A DNA stretch of 45,422 bases. Source: Flavobacteriales bacterium. GTDB taxonomy: Bacteria; Bacteroidota; Bacteroidia; NS11-12g; UBA955. A program made the translations under genes and the position numbers. The DNA lies in the NCBI GenBank assembly GCA_947459165.1, contig CANHCW010000001.1:1-45422 (forward strand), given 5' to 3'. How positions within the stretch are numbered: the stretch's first letter is position 1; the number at the start of each line of letters is the position of its first letter. This document shows positions 36,421 through 44,734 of this stretch, in pieces. The notes under the pieces are model-generated. The model saw only the letters and a program-made list of their open reading frames with translations, was not told the origin of the DNA and did no database searches.

Positions 36421-38259
36421 CTATTTTTTCCGAAAATGTAATACCATTATGCCGTTTGGTGTTAAACCCTTTTCCGGCTGTCCGGCATTTTCATTGGAAA
36501 CAATAACTTTACCTGAATCCCAATCTGCCTCTATATCGGGGTATAGTTTAAAGTTTGGAGTGAATTGGGGATTGGACTGATTCGCAAATATTCCCAGCAC
36601 ATCTTTTTCACCTTCTATAAAGAATGCGTACACCCCGTTTTTGGGAATGTAATGGGTTCTTTTTCCTCTTATAAAAAGTTGCGCATATTCTGCCCGAACT
36701 GATGACAGGGATTGAATAAATTCATACATGACTTGATAGGGGTTCATGGCATCGAAACCAGAAAAGGAATCACCGGGCCAGCCACCGGGAAAATCCTTGC
36801 GTATGGCACCATGCGCGCCGGTATCCCTCATCAGTACTTCGGTTCCGTAAAAAACACAGGGAATTCCCCTGCACATATAAGTCAGGGCCAAAGCCAGTTG
36901 TGTTTTTTTTACATTCTGCCCAAAAGTTGCATGCATACGGTTTAAATCGTGGTTATCGGCAAATGTTACCAGCAACTCCGGGTGTTTGTAAAGTCTGTCC
37001 GAAGCCAGAATATAATAAAGTCGGGTTAGGCCGGTATTCCAGCCAAAGGGTTCGTTCAATGCCTTTTCCAGCCCAAAGCAGAACTGAAAATCGGTTGCGG
37101 CATCGGGCACAATGCTATTTTTGTCGCCAATGTTGTTCGGGGCAAATCCCGCCTGAGCTGTGATGGTATGTTCCCAACTTTCACCAAAAACAAAAATTTC
37201 CGGATAAACTGCCTTCAGTCTGAGATTGAGTTTTTCAAGAAATGCAGGTTGTGAATAAGGATATGTGTCAATACGCACGCCTGAAGCATTGGTAACCGAA
37301 ATCCACCACAGCGTGTTTTGAATGAGGTAATGCGCCAGGTGCAGATTGTCCTGATTCAGATCGGGCATGTGCGTATCGAACCAGCCACGGGTCATACCTT
37401 CAACTTCACTTTTGGCGGCATACGGGTCTGAAAGGGCGGCAACCCTGTAATTTGTTCTTCTGAATGTATCTCCACTGCTGTTGAACCAGGAAGGTGACAC
37501 CATATCGCGGTAGAGAAAATGTCTGTTACCGATGTGGTTGTAAACGCAATCTAAAATGAATTTTACGCCTGAATCACGGCATTGTTGTGCCAGGTTTGCA
37601 TAGTCATTCAGTGTCCCGTAGCGGGGATCAATCCGATAATGGTCGGTGCATGCATAACCATGATAACTTTGCTCGGGCTGATTATTTTCGAGCAAGGGTG
37701 TCATCCACAAGGCGTTAAAGCCCAGCGATTTGATGTGTCCAAGGTGAGAAGCCACGCCGGCTATGTCTCCTCCGTGTCTTCCATGCAGGGCTTTTCGGTC
37801 GGCTTTTTCAACCATATCCTTTGCATTGTCATTGCCATTGTTCCCGTTGGCAAATCGATCAGGCATAATCAAATACATGCGGTCGGCGGCGGTTATCGGC
37901 TTTCCTGATTTCGGTTTCGCCTTTATTTCATAGGGTATTTTGCTTTTGAAATTTTTACCGTAAAGCAGGTTGAATGTTCCGATAAAGTTTTCCGGAATGG
38001 TGAGATAGAGTATTTTGTAATTACTGCTCAGTGAGTTGCAGGTATCAGTAATTTGAATCAAATCGGGCTGGTCAGTTTTGAATGAAATGTGAGTAATTTT
38101 TTCTCCATACAGGAGCAATTGAAGGTTTTTAGACCCCATTTGTGTGAACCAATAGGGTGGTTCAATGCGGAATTTTGTTTGTGACCGGGCTGTTTTAGGA
38201 AACAAAAAAACAACACAACACAAAGAAAAACAATTAATTAACAATTTTTTAGGGTGCAT
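36421..38259 (-). CDS. GH13 neopullulanase/cyclomaltodextrinase-like enzyme (SusA-like) with signal peptide
   Basis: GH13 regions FILDCVYNH, SGVRIDTYPY, VFGESWEH, FADNHDLNRM, plus an N-terminal extra domain. The ATG at 38259 (MHPKKLL..) is preferred over the TTG at 38283. Confidence 0.8.
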   Translation of the reverse strand: MHPKKLLINCFSLCCVVFLFPKTARSQTKFRIEPPYWFTQMGSKNLQLLLYGEKITHISFKTDQPDLIQITDTCNSLSSNYKILYLTIPENFIGTFNLLYGKNFKSKIPYEIKAKPKSGKPITAADRMYLIMPDRFANGNNGNDNAKDMVEKADRKALHGRHGGDIAGVASHLGHIKSLGFNALWMTPLLENNQPEQSYHGYACTDHYRIDPRYGTLNDYANLAQQCRDSGVKFILDCVYNHIGNRHFLYRDMVSPSWFNSSGDTFRRTNYRVAALSDPYAAKSEVEGMTRGWFDTHMPDLNQDNLHLAHYLIQNTLWWISVTNASGVRIDTYPYSQPAFLEKLNLRLKAVYPEIFVFGESWEHTITAQAGFAPNNIGDKNSIVPDAATDFQFCFGLEKALNEPFGWNTGLTRLYYILASDRLYKHPELLVTFADNHDLNRMHATFGQNVKKTQLALALTYMCRGIPCVFYGTEVLMRDTGAHGAIRKDFPGGWPGDSFSGFDAMNPYQVMYEFIQSLSSVRAEYAQLFIRGKRTHYIPKNGVYAFFIEGEKDVLGIFANQSNPQFTPNFKLYPDIEADWDSGKVIVSNENAGQPEKGLTPNGIMVLHFRKK

Positions 38260-38300
38260 CTTTCGGGTGAATTTCTTCAACAAAGTAAAAAAATTTTTTC

Positions 38301-38321
38301 AAAGTGTCTTTTTTACACTTA
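38301..38321. promoter_or_regulatory. 21-bp palindrome AAAGTGT-ctttttt-ACACTTa (candidate operator)
   Basis: 6-bp perfect arms AAGTGT/ACACTT with the same 7-nt spacer. Lies in the divergent GH13 / T9SS-CBM promoter region, 8 nt upstream of a -7 box. Confidence 0.45.
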
Positions 38322-38328
38322 TTGTTTT

Positions 38329-38336
38329 TAGTTTTG
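38329..38336 (+). promoter_or_regulatory. Candidate -7 box (TAGTTTTG) for the T9SS starch-binding-module protein
   Basis: Matches TAnnTTTG and ends 23 nt before the ATG at 38360. Confidence 0.35.
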
Positions 38337-38359
38337 CTACGAAACAAAAAACTTAAACC

Positions 38360-39664
38360 ATGATTAAGAATTACTTAACAATTTGTGCTCTGGCTGCAGC
38401 AACAGGTCTGAGTGCTCAAACTGATGTTACACTGATGGTGAATGATCAGAACAACAAAAACAAAACAGCTATTAAAGTAAAAGGTGCGTTCAACGGCTGG
38501 GCAGAAGTTTCTGCCTACGACGACGGAACCAATGGTGATGCTACTGCCAACGACAACATCTGGTCTGTAAAATTTACAGGCGTTGCCGACGGAACTTACG
38601 AGTGGGGAGCTGTTGATCAAACCGGTGGCTGGTTGCTTTCGGGCCGCGCTAATGCCAAATTTACAGTAGCGGGTGCCAGCGTAACCGGCGAAACTGAATT
38701 TGTTATTCCCAAAGCAAAACCCACTCACCCTGTAACCTTTACCATTTCCGATTTAGCCAAAAAAGAATCTCAGGTTTCTTTGAAAGGATCTATGTTCTCA
38801 TGGTCTGCCAAGCCCATGTTTGATGATGGAACCAACGGTGATGCAAAAGCAGGTGACAACATCTGGACTTTGAAAGAGAACATTGAAGAAGGCAACTGGG
38901 AATGGGGAATTGAAAACCAGTGTGGCTGGAAATTGGTAGGCCCCAACAAAAAATACACAGTAAACACCGATGGTACCACAACAGGTGATATCAGCTACAG
39001 CATTCCTGCCCAAACTACCCCAATTAATGTAACCTTCCGCGTTTGGATGGGTGATGTGATTGTGAATGCTGCCGGACTCTATGTGGCAGGTGATTTCATG
39101 GATGCCATTTCAGGTAAGTCTTTGTGCAACTGGACCAAAGATACCCTGCGCATGACCGATGCCAACAAAGACGATGTATATGAATTGCAGGCAGCTTTCT
39201 CTCCCGGATCTTACCAGTTTAAGTTTTTCAATGGACGCGGTGGTGATCAGGATGGTGAAAAAGGTGATTTCAAAACCGGTGGTTGCGGAAACGACAATGG
39301 TTTGGGCGGTTTCAACAGAACGATCAACCTGAGTGGCTTAACCAAAGACACTGTTTTGGTAATTTTCAAATACGACAGTTGCGCCACTTACAAAGCGGCT
39401 ATGTCTTCTGTAAAAAAGAACACCAAAGTGGTTAGCGCCATGTATCCCAACCCTGCAAGCAGCAACGCCAATATTTTGTTCGCTGACAAATCAGCTTCAC
39501 ACAGCGTTGAGGTGATGGATTTGGCCGGTAAAGTGGTTGCAGTGTACAACTTCGCTGAAGGAACAGCCACAGGCACCATCAGTAAGCCAACTTCCGGTAC
39601 TTTCCTGGTGCGTGTTAATTCTTCAAATGGTCAGTCTTCTTCCAGCTTGATCATTTTTGAGTAA
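38360..39664 (+). CDS. T9SS-sorted protein with three tandem CBM48/E-set-like carbohydrate-binding modules and no catalytic domain
   Basis: Signal peptide. Repeats: VKGAFNGWAEVSAYDDGTNGDATANDNIWSVKF..GTYEWG, LKGSMFSWSAKPMFDDGTNGDAKAGDNIWTLKE..GNWEWG, and a third VAGDF...GSYQFKFFNG. C-terminal Por tail MYPNPASSNANILF...GTFLVRVNSSNG. Confidence 0.65.
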   Translation: MIKNYLTICALAAATGLSAQTDVTLMVNDQNNKNKTAIKVKGAFNGWAEVSAYDDGTNGDATANDNIWSVKFTGVADGTYEWGAVDQTGGWLLSGRANAKFTVAGASVTGETEFVIPKAKPTHPVTFTISDLAKKESQVSLKGSMFSWSAKPMFDDGTNGDAKAGDNIWTLKENIEEGNWEWGIENQCGWKLVGPNKKYTVNTDGTTTGDISYSIPAQTTPINVTFRVWMGDVIVNAAGLYVAGDFMDAISGKSLCNWTKDTLRMTDANKDDVYELQAAFSPGSYQFKFFNGRGGDQDGEKGDFKTGGCGNDNGLGGFNRTINLSGLTKDTVLVIFKYDSCATYKAAMSSVKKNTKVVSAMYPNPASSNANILFADKSASHSVEVMDLAGKVVAVYNFAEGTATGTISKPTSGTFLVRVNSSNGQSSSSLIIFE

Positions 39665-39686
39665 AAACTAAAAAAGCAAAAACAAA

Positions 39687-39722
39687 AAGGCAACTTTCAA
39701 TAACTGAAGGTTGCCTTTTTTT
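39687..39722 (+). terminator. Strong intrinsic terminator
   Basis: 13-bp stem (39687-39699 / 39705-39717, one G-U pair), 5-nt loop, 7-T run to 39722. It contains the TTG at 39711 that the ORF track used as the start of the next gene. Confidence 0.8.
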
Positions 39723-39740
39723 CTGATATTTGAGTTGAAT

Positions 39741-42509
39741 ATGAATCGCCTTAAAATTTTACTTTTTTCAATCAGTTTTGGTCTTATCGGCCAGAGTTTC
39801 TCTCAGGTTACCCTTGACCCGGTTTTTGCGTTGCAAACAGATACTGTAATGGTTTATTATGACGCAACCAAAGGAAATGCTGTTTTGAAGGATCTGGGAC
39901 CACCCGATGTGTACATTCACAGCGGGGTTATTACCGAGTTGAGTAAAACACCGGTGGAGTGGCGTTATGTAAAGGGTGTTTGGGGTACTGACGATTTGCC
40001 CAGAAAAATGACTTATGTAGGCAACAATGTTTACAGATTCAAGCTTCATATTCCCACATTCTATGGAGTTCCGGCCAATGAGAAAGTGCTGAAACTCGCT
40101 TTTGTTTTTCGCGACAAATCAGGAAACAAAGTTGGACGCAACGCAGATGGTACTGATATATTCGCCACCATTTTTCAAGCCGGGCTAAAGGCCACCTTTA
40201 CTTCACCCGCAGAAATTCCGGGTATTTTTGAAACCGGCGATACCCTAAAAATAATCGCCACCATTTCTGAAAAGGCGCTTGTATCATTTTATGACAACGG
40301 AGTGTTGGTTGATACCCAGACGACTTCAGAGTACAAAAGAAATGTTACGGGTCTTGCAAGCGGTAATCATCGTTTCGTAGTGAAAGCATTAAAAGGGGGG
40401 ATAACTGCTTCAGATACGCTGAATGTAATGATCAATTCAACAGTGAAAACAGAGGCTCTTCCTGCAGGAATGCTCGATGGTGTAAACTACCTGAATGACA
40501 GCACCGTTTTGTTTTCGCTTTATGCCCCCAATAAAAAATTCGTGTATGTAAACGGCGATTTTTCAAATTGGCAATTAAGCATACCCCAGTTCATGAACAA
40601 AACCCCGGATGGCAAGCGCTGGTGGGCGAAGATTTCCGGCTTGAAACCGGGAACACAATATGGTTACCAGTTCATAGTTGATGGCATCTTAAAAATTGCC
40701 GACCCTCTAAGTGAACTGCTGCTTGATCCTTGGAATGATGGATTCATAAACAAGGCTGATTTTCAGGGTTTACCCAATTATCCCTCCGGCAAAACAACCG
40801 GATTGGTGAGTGTTATCAGACCAGGGTTGAAACCATTTGACTGGAAAAACAGGAATTTCAAAATTCAGGATCCGGCCAAACTGAATGTATATGAACTTCA
40901 CATTCGCGATTTCATTGCGACGCACAGTTATACTGTTTTAATTGATACCCTTGCATATTTAAAGAGATTGGGAATCAATGCCATTGAGTTGATGCCGGTG
41001 AATGAGTTTGAGGGCAATTCCAGTTGGGGCTACAATTCTTCGTACCACATGGCAACGGATAAATATTACGGCAGTCCTGAACAATTAAAAGCCTTTATCG
41101 ACGAGTGCCATAAGCAGGGCATGGCCGTATTTCTCGATGCGGTTCTGAATCATGCCTTTGGGCAAAGCAGTTTGTGTCAGTTGTATTGGAACAGCAGTTT
41201 GAATCAGCCGGCGGCAGACAACCCATGGTTAAACCCAGTTGCCCGGCACGACTTTAATGTGGGTTACGATTTCAATCATGAAAGTCCGGCCACTCAGACT
41301 TATGTTGACAGGGTAATAAAGTATTGGCTCACCGAATTTGATGTAGATGGATTCAGGTTTGATCTTTCCAAGGGATTCACCCAAAACAATACACTGGGCA
41401 ATACAACTGCATGGGGTTACTACGATGCAAGTCGCATTGCTCTGTGGAAGCGCATTCGTGATGTGGTTCGCAGTTATAACAGCGATGCATTGCTCATTTT
41501 GGAACACTTTGCAGATAACTCTGAAGAAAAAGAATTGGCTGGGGAAGGATTTTATTTTTGGGGGAATGCAAATGGTCCGTATACGGAAGCATCTATGGGT
41601 TATTCTTCCGATCTGAATTGGGGAAGCAATTACAAGGCCCGTGGATGGAATGCACCTCGATTGCTTTCGTATATGGAAAGCCATGATGAGGAAAGGATGA
41701 TGTATAAAAACATCACTTTTGGCAATTCCAATGGCGCCTATAATGTTAAAACATTGGCGACGGGCTTGAAAAGAACCGAAATGGCAGCAGTGATTTTTTT
41801 CAGTATTCCCGGCCCAAAAATGATTTGGCAGTTTGGAGAACTGGGTTACGATGTGGGCATCAACACAAATGGACGAACCGGAGAAAAACCCATTCGTTGG
41901 GAATACATGAAGGATCAGCGCAGATTGAATGTTTACAATGTTTTTGCTACCATGATGAATCTTCGCAATCAGTATCAGGTGTTTCACACAGGCAACAACA
42001 ATTTTGAGCTGAACAGCCCGGTGAAAAAAGCATGGTTGCAGGATAATGGACAATTCGTTCACATGATTGCCAACACTGATGTAAAAGCCGTTAATAGTAC
42101 TTTGTATTTTCAGGATACCGGAAAGTGGTATGAGGTTTTCAGTGGAGACAGCATGCGCATTGGCAATATTGCCGTGCCTGTGAATTTACAAGCCGGAGAA
42201 TACCGCCTGTACAGCAATGTAAAAATGCCTGCTGTTCGCCTGCAAATTCCGCTTTCCGGAACATCCAAAACCGATGAAAAACAATTGAGACTATTCCCCA
42301 ATCCTGCACAGAATCAGTTGTTTGTTTCCTGGAACGGACAAAAAGCCATTGCAGAATGCAGGGATTTATCAGGTAAACTAATTGCAAAACAAACGCTTAG
42401 CAATGGGTTTGGAAGCATTCAAACCGACTCTTGGGCACCGGGAATATATTTTGTTCGATTGAACGCAGACGGAATAATCCGGAACGAAAAAATCATTATT
42501 CAACGCTAG
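39741..42509 (+). CDS. T9SS-sorted multidomain GH13 alpha-amylase
   Basis: The ATG at 39741 gives the signal peptide MNRLKILLFSISFGLIGQSFSQ. CBM48-like VYVNGDFSNWQ...GTQYGYQFIVDG. GH13 regions VFLDAVLNH, VDGFRFDLSKGF, LILEHFAD, YMESHDEERM. Por tail LFPNPAQNQLFV...GIYFVRLNADG. Confidence 0.85.
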   Translation: MNRLKILLFSISFGLIGQSFSQVTLDPVFALQTDTVMVYYDATKGNAVLKDLGPPDVYIHSGVITELSKTPVEWRYVKGVWGTDDLPRKMTYVGNNVYRFKLHIPTFYGVPANEKVLKLAFVFRDKSGNKVGRNADGTDIFATIFQAGLKATFTSPAEIPGIFETGDTLKIIATISEKALVSFYDNGVLVDTQTTSEYKRNVTGLASGNHRFVVKALKGGITASDTLNVMINSTVKTEALPAGMLDGVNYLNDSTVLFSLYAPNKKFVYVNGDFSNWQLSIPQFMNKTPDGKRWWAKISGLKPGTQYGYQFIVDGILKIADPLSELLLDPWNDGFINKADFQGLPNYPSGKTTGLVSVIRPGLKPFDWKNRNFKIQDPAKLNVYELHIRDFIATHSYTVLIDTLAYLKRLGINAIELMPVNEFEGNSSWGYNSSYHMATDKYYGSPEQLKAFIDECHKQGMAVFLDAVLNHAFGQSSLCQLYWNSSLNQPAADNPWLNPVARHDFNVGYDFNHESPATQTYVDRVIKYWLTEFDVDGFRFDLSKGFTQNNTLGNTTAWGYYDASRIALWKRIRDVVRSYNSDALLILEHFADNSEEKELAGEGFYFWGNANGPYTEASMGYSSDLNWGSNYKARGWNAPRLLSYMESHDEERMMYKNITFGNSNGAYNVKTLATGLKRTEMAAVIFFSIPGPKMIWQFGELGYDVGINTNGRTGEKPIRWEYMKDQRRLNVYNVFATMMNLRNQYQVFHTGNNNFELNSPVKKAWLQDNGQFVHMIANTDVKAVNSTLYFQDTGKWYEVFSGDSMRIGNIAVPVNLQAGEYRLYSNVKMPAVRLQIPLSGTSKTDEKQLRLFPNPAQNQLFVSWNGQKAIAECRDLSGKLIAKQTLSNGFGSIQTDSWAPGIYFVRLNADGIIRNEKIIIQR

Positions 42510-42527
42510 TTGTTAATACTTTGTTCG

Positions 42528-42550
42528 ATGCCGAAAATCGGCATATTTGT
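42528..42550 (+). terminator. Weak hairpin after the amylase gene
   Basis: 7-bp stem ATGCCGA/TCGGCAT with a 3-nt loop, followed by ATTTGT, a poor T-tract. Confidence 0.3.
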
Positions 42551-42579
42551 CAGGTGGATTGGTTCCTTCTGTCAGGTTG

Positions 42580-42611
42580 TTTGAATTTGGGCGTTTTACA
42601 TAGTAGTTTTG
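42580..42611 (+). promoter_or_regulatory. Candidate ftsH promoter: -33 TTTG, 20-nt spacer, -7 TAGTTTTG
   Basis: TTTG at 42580-42583 and TAGTTTTG at 42604-42611 fit TTTG-N19-21-TAnnTTTG. The ATG is at 42668. Confidence 0.4.
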
Positions 42612-42667
42612 TCGAAGAAACATCGATACGGCGCATAATTTGAACTGACTTTACGAACCATTTGAAA

Positions 42668-44734
42668 ATGAACGACAACCAAAATTCAAATCCCAACGAC
42701 AACCGCAAGTCCGGCGGAGGCTTTCGCTTTAATCCCTACTGGATTTACGGCATACTCTTCCTGGTGATGATCGTTTTAACCTTCTACCCCAGAAATGCAG
42801 GACAGGCAACAAACTGGAACGATGTTAGGCAGATGATACTGCAGGAAGATGTAGAAAAGCTGGTGATGATTAACGAGCATGTGGTTGAGGTGTATCTCAC
42901 CCCCACTGCGGCTCAGAAAGACCAATACAAAAAGAAGGGAAACAAGCGCGAAGATTTGCTGGGCAGCAGGCCACCCGACTTTCAGTTTGAAGTTGAAAAA
43001 GGCTATTTTAACGATGAGCTGAAAACGCTGAAAGCCGAGTTGAAAGAGAAAAAAATGGATCCCAACAAGGTTGTGGTGAAGTTTGAAGTGACCAGCGATC
43101 TGATTGGGCAATTGTTCCAATGGATATTTTTTATTGGCATTTTCCTAATCATTTGGAGCATCCTATTCCGCAGGGTTGGAGGTGGCGGTGCCGGTGGCCC
43201 GAATATTTTCAGCATCGGCAGAGCCAGGGCCCAGCTTTTCGATAAAGATACCAAAGTCAACATTTCATTTAAGGATGTTGCCGGTCTTGAAGAAGCCAAA
43301 GTAGAGGTAATGGAGGTGGTTGACTTCCTTAAAAACCCGAAGAAATACACCAGTTTGGGCGGAAAAATCCCCAAAGGCGTTTTGTTGGTAGGCCCTCCGG
43401 GTACAGGTAAGACCCTGTTGGCTAAAGCTGTTGCCGGTGAAGCAGGTGTTCCATTTTTCTCGTTGTCGGGCTCCGATTTTGTAGAGATGTTCGTGGGTGT
43501 GGGCGCGAGCCGCGTTCGCGATCTGTTCAAGCAAGCCAAGGAAAAAGCACCTTGTATCATATTTATTGATGAAATTGATGCCGTGGGTCGTGCAAGGGGT
43601 AAAAACCTGGTGCAGGGCAGCAACGACGAAAGAGAAAACACACTGAACCAGTTGCTTGCCGAAATGGATGGTTTTGGAACAGACAGCGGTGTGATTATCA
43701 TGGCCGCAACCAACCGTCCCGATATTCTCGACAGCGCATTATTGCGCCCGGGAAGATTCGACAGGCAAATCAGTGTGGATCGCCCCGATCTGGCAGGCAG
43801 GGAGCAGATTTTCAAGGTACACCTGAAACCCCTCACCAAACTGGCTACAGATGTGGATGCCCATAAATTAGCGGCACAAACACCCGGTTTTGCCGGTGCT
43901 GAAATTGCCAATGTGTGCAACGAAGCCGCACTGATTGCTGCCAGAAACGGCAAAGAACAGGTGGATATGAAAGACTTTCAGGATGCCATCGACAGGGTAA
44001 TTGGGGGCTTGGAGAAGAAAAACAAAATCATTTCGCCCGAAGAAAAACGCATTGTGGCTTACCACGAAGCCGGCCACGCTGTTACAGGCTGGTTTTTGGA
44101 ACACGCCGATCCGTTGCTGAAAGTGAGTATTGTTCCTCGTGGCGTGGCTGCGTTGGGCTATGCGCAGTATTTGCCCAAGGAGCAATACCTGTATCGCACA
44201 GAGCAATTGCTCGACAGCATGTGCATGACACTTGGAGGCCGTGCTGCAGAAGATATCTTCTTCGGAAAAATCAGCACAGGTGCCCAAAATGATCTGGAAC
44301 GCATCACCAAACTATCATACAGCATGGTGACCATTTATGGTATGAGTGAAAAGGTGGGCAACCTGTCTTTTTACGATCCTCAGGGAGAATACGGTTATCA
44401 GAAACCCTACAGCGAAAAAACTTCAGAATTGATTGATGAGGAAGTACGCAGAATTGTGAGTGAAGCGTATGAAAGAACCCGCAACATGATTCTGGAGAAG
44501 AAAGAACAGGTGCAGGCTATTGCCGAAGAACTGCTGCAGAAGGAAATTCTGTTTCAGTCCGATTTGGAACGATTGATTGGCAAACGCCCCTTCGAGTCAA
44601 AAGCCTTTGAGGAAATTCGCGATGTAATTTCGGTGCAGGAGCCGGTTGCCGTTCCTGAATCAGAGGAAGAGCTGAAGGCCGACACCGATGTAGCCGACAA
44701 TTCTGAAAACAAGAACATTGAAGATAACGCGTAA
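42668..44734 (+). CDS. ftsH: ATP-dependent zinc metalloprotease FtsH
   Basis: Two N-terminal TM helices. Walker [14 protein letters not shown], Walker [32 protein letters not shown], zinc site HEAGHA. The ATG at 42668 is preferred over the TTG at 42662. Confidence 0.95.
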   Translation: MNDNQNSNPNDNRKSGGGFRFNPYWIYGILFLVMIVLTFYPRNAGQATNWNDVRQMILQEDVEKLVMINEHVVEVYLTPTAAQKDQYKKKGNKREDLLGSRPPDFQFEVEKGYFNDELKTLKAELKEKKMDPNKVVVKFEVTSDLIGQLFQWIFFIGIFLIIWSILFRRVGGGGAGGPNIFSIGRARAQLFDKDTKVNISFKDVAGLEEAKVEVMEVVDFLKNPKKYTSLGGKIPKGVLLVGPPGTGKTLLAKAVAGEAGVPFFSLSGSDFVEMFVGVGASRVRDLFKQAKEKAPCIIFIDEIDAVGRARGKNLVQGSNDERENTLNQLLAEMDGFGTDSGVIIMAATNRPDILDSALLRPGRFDRQISVDRPDLAGREQIFKVHLKPLTKLATDVDAHKLAAQTPGFAGAEIANVCNEAALIAARNGKEQVDMKDFQDAIDRVIGGLEKKNKIISPEEKRIVAYHEAGHAVTGWFLEHADPLLKVSIVPRGVAALGYAQYLPKEQYLYRTEQLLDSMCMTLGGRAAEDIFFGKISTGAQNDLERITKLSYSMVTIYGMSEKVGNLSFYDPQGEYGYQKPYSEKTSELIDEEVRRIVSEAYERTRNMILEKKEQVQAIAEELLQKEILFQSDLERLIGKRPFESKAFEEIRDVISVQEPVAVPESEEELKADTDVADNSENKNIEDNA

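Noticed and set aside
39711-39740. ORF-track TTG start (39711) of the T9SS amylase, and analogous long-ORF starts (13394, 13422, 20586, 25030, 34225, 38283, 42662)
   Set aside because: 39711 lies inside the 3' arm of the upstream terminator hairpin. In each case a nearby downstream ATG yields a canonical signal peptide or family-typical N-terminus and, where predicted, lies downstream of a -7 box.
41229-42062. 277-aa ORF antisense to the T9SS GH13 amylase
   Set aside because: It lies entirely inside a CDS that carries all four GH13 conserved regions. Its translation is I/F/C/H-rich and domain-free.
43003-43953. 316-aa ORF antisense to ftsH
   Set aside because: It overlaps the strongly supported ftsH frame completely. 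Its translation is low-complexity and S/A/L/P-rich with no motifs. Long antisense ORFs are a common artefact opposite conserved, codon-biased genes.
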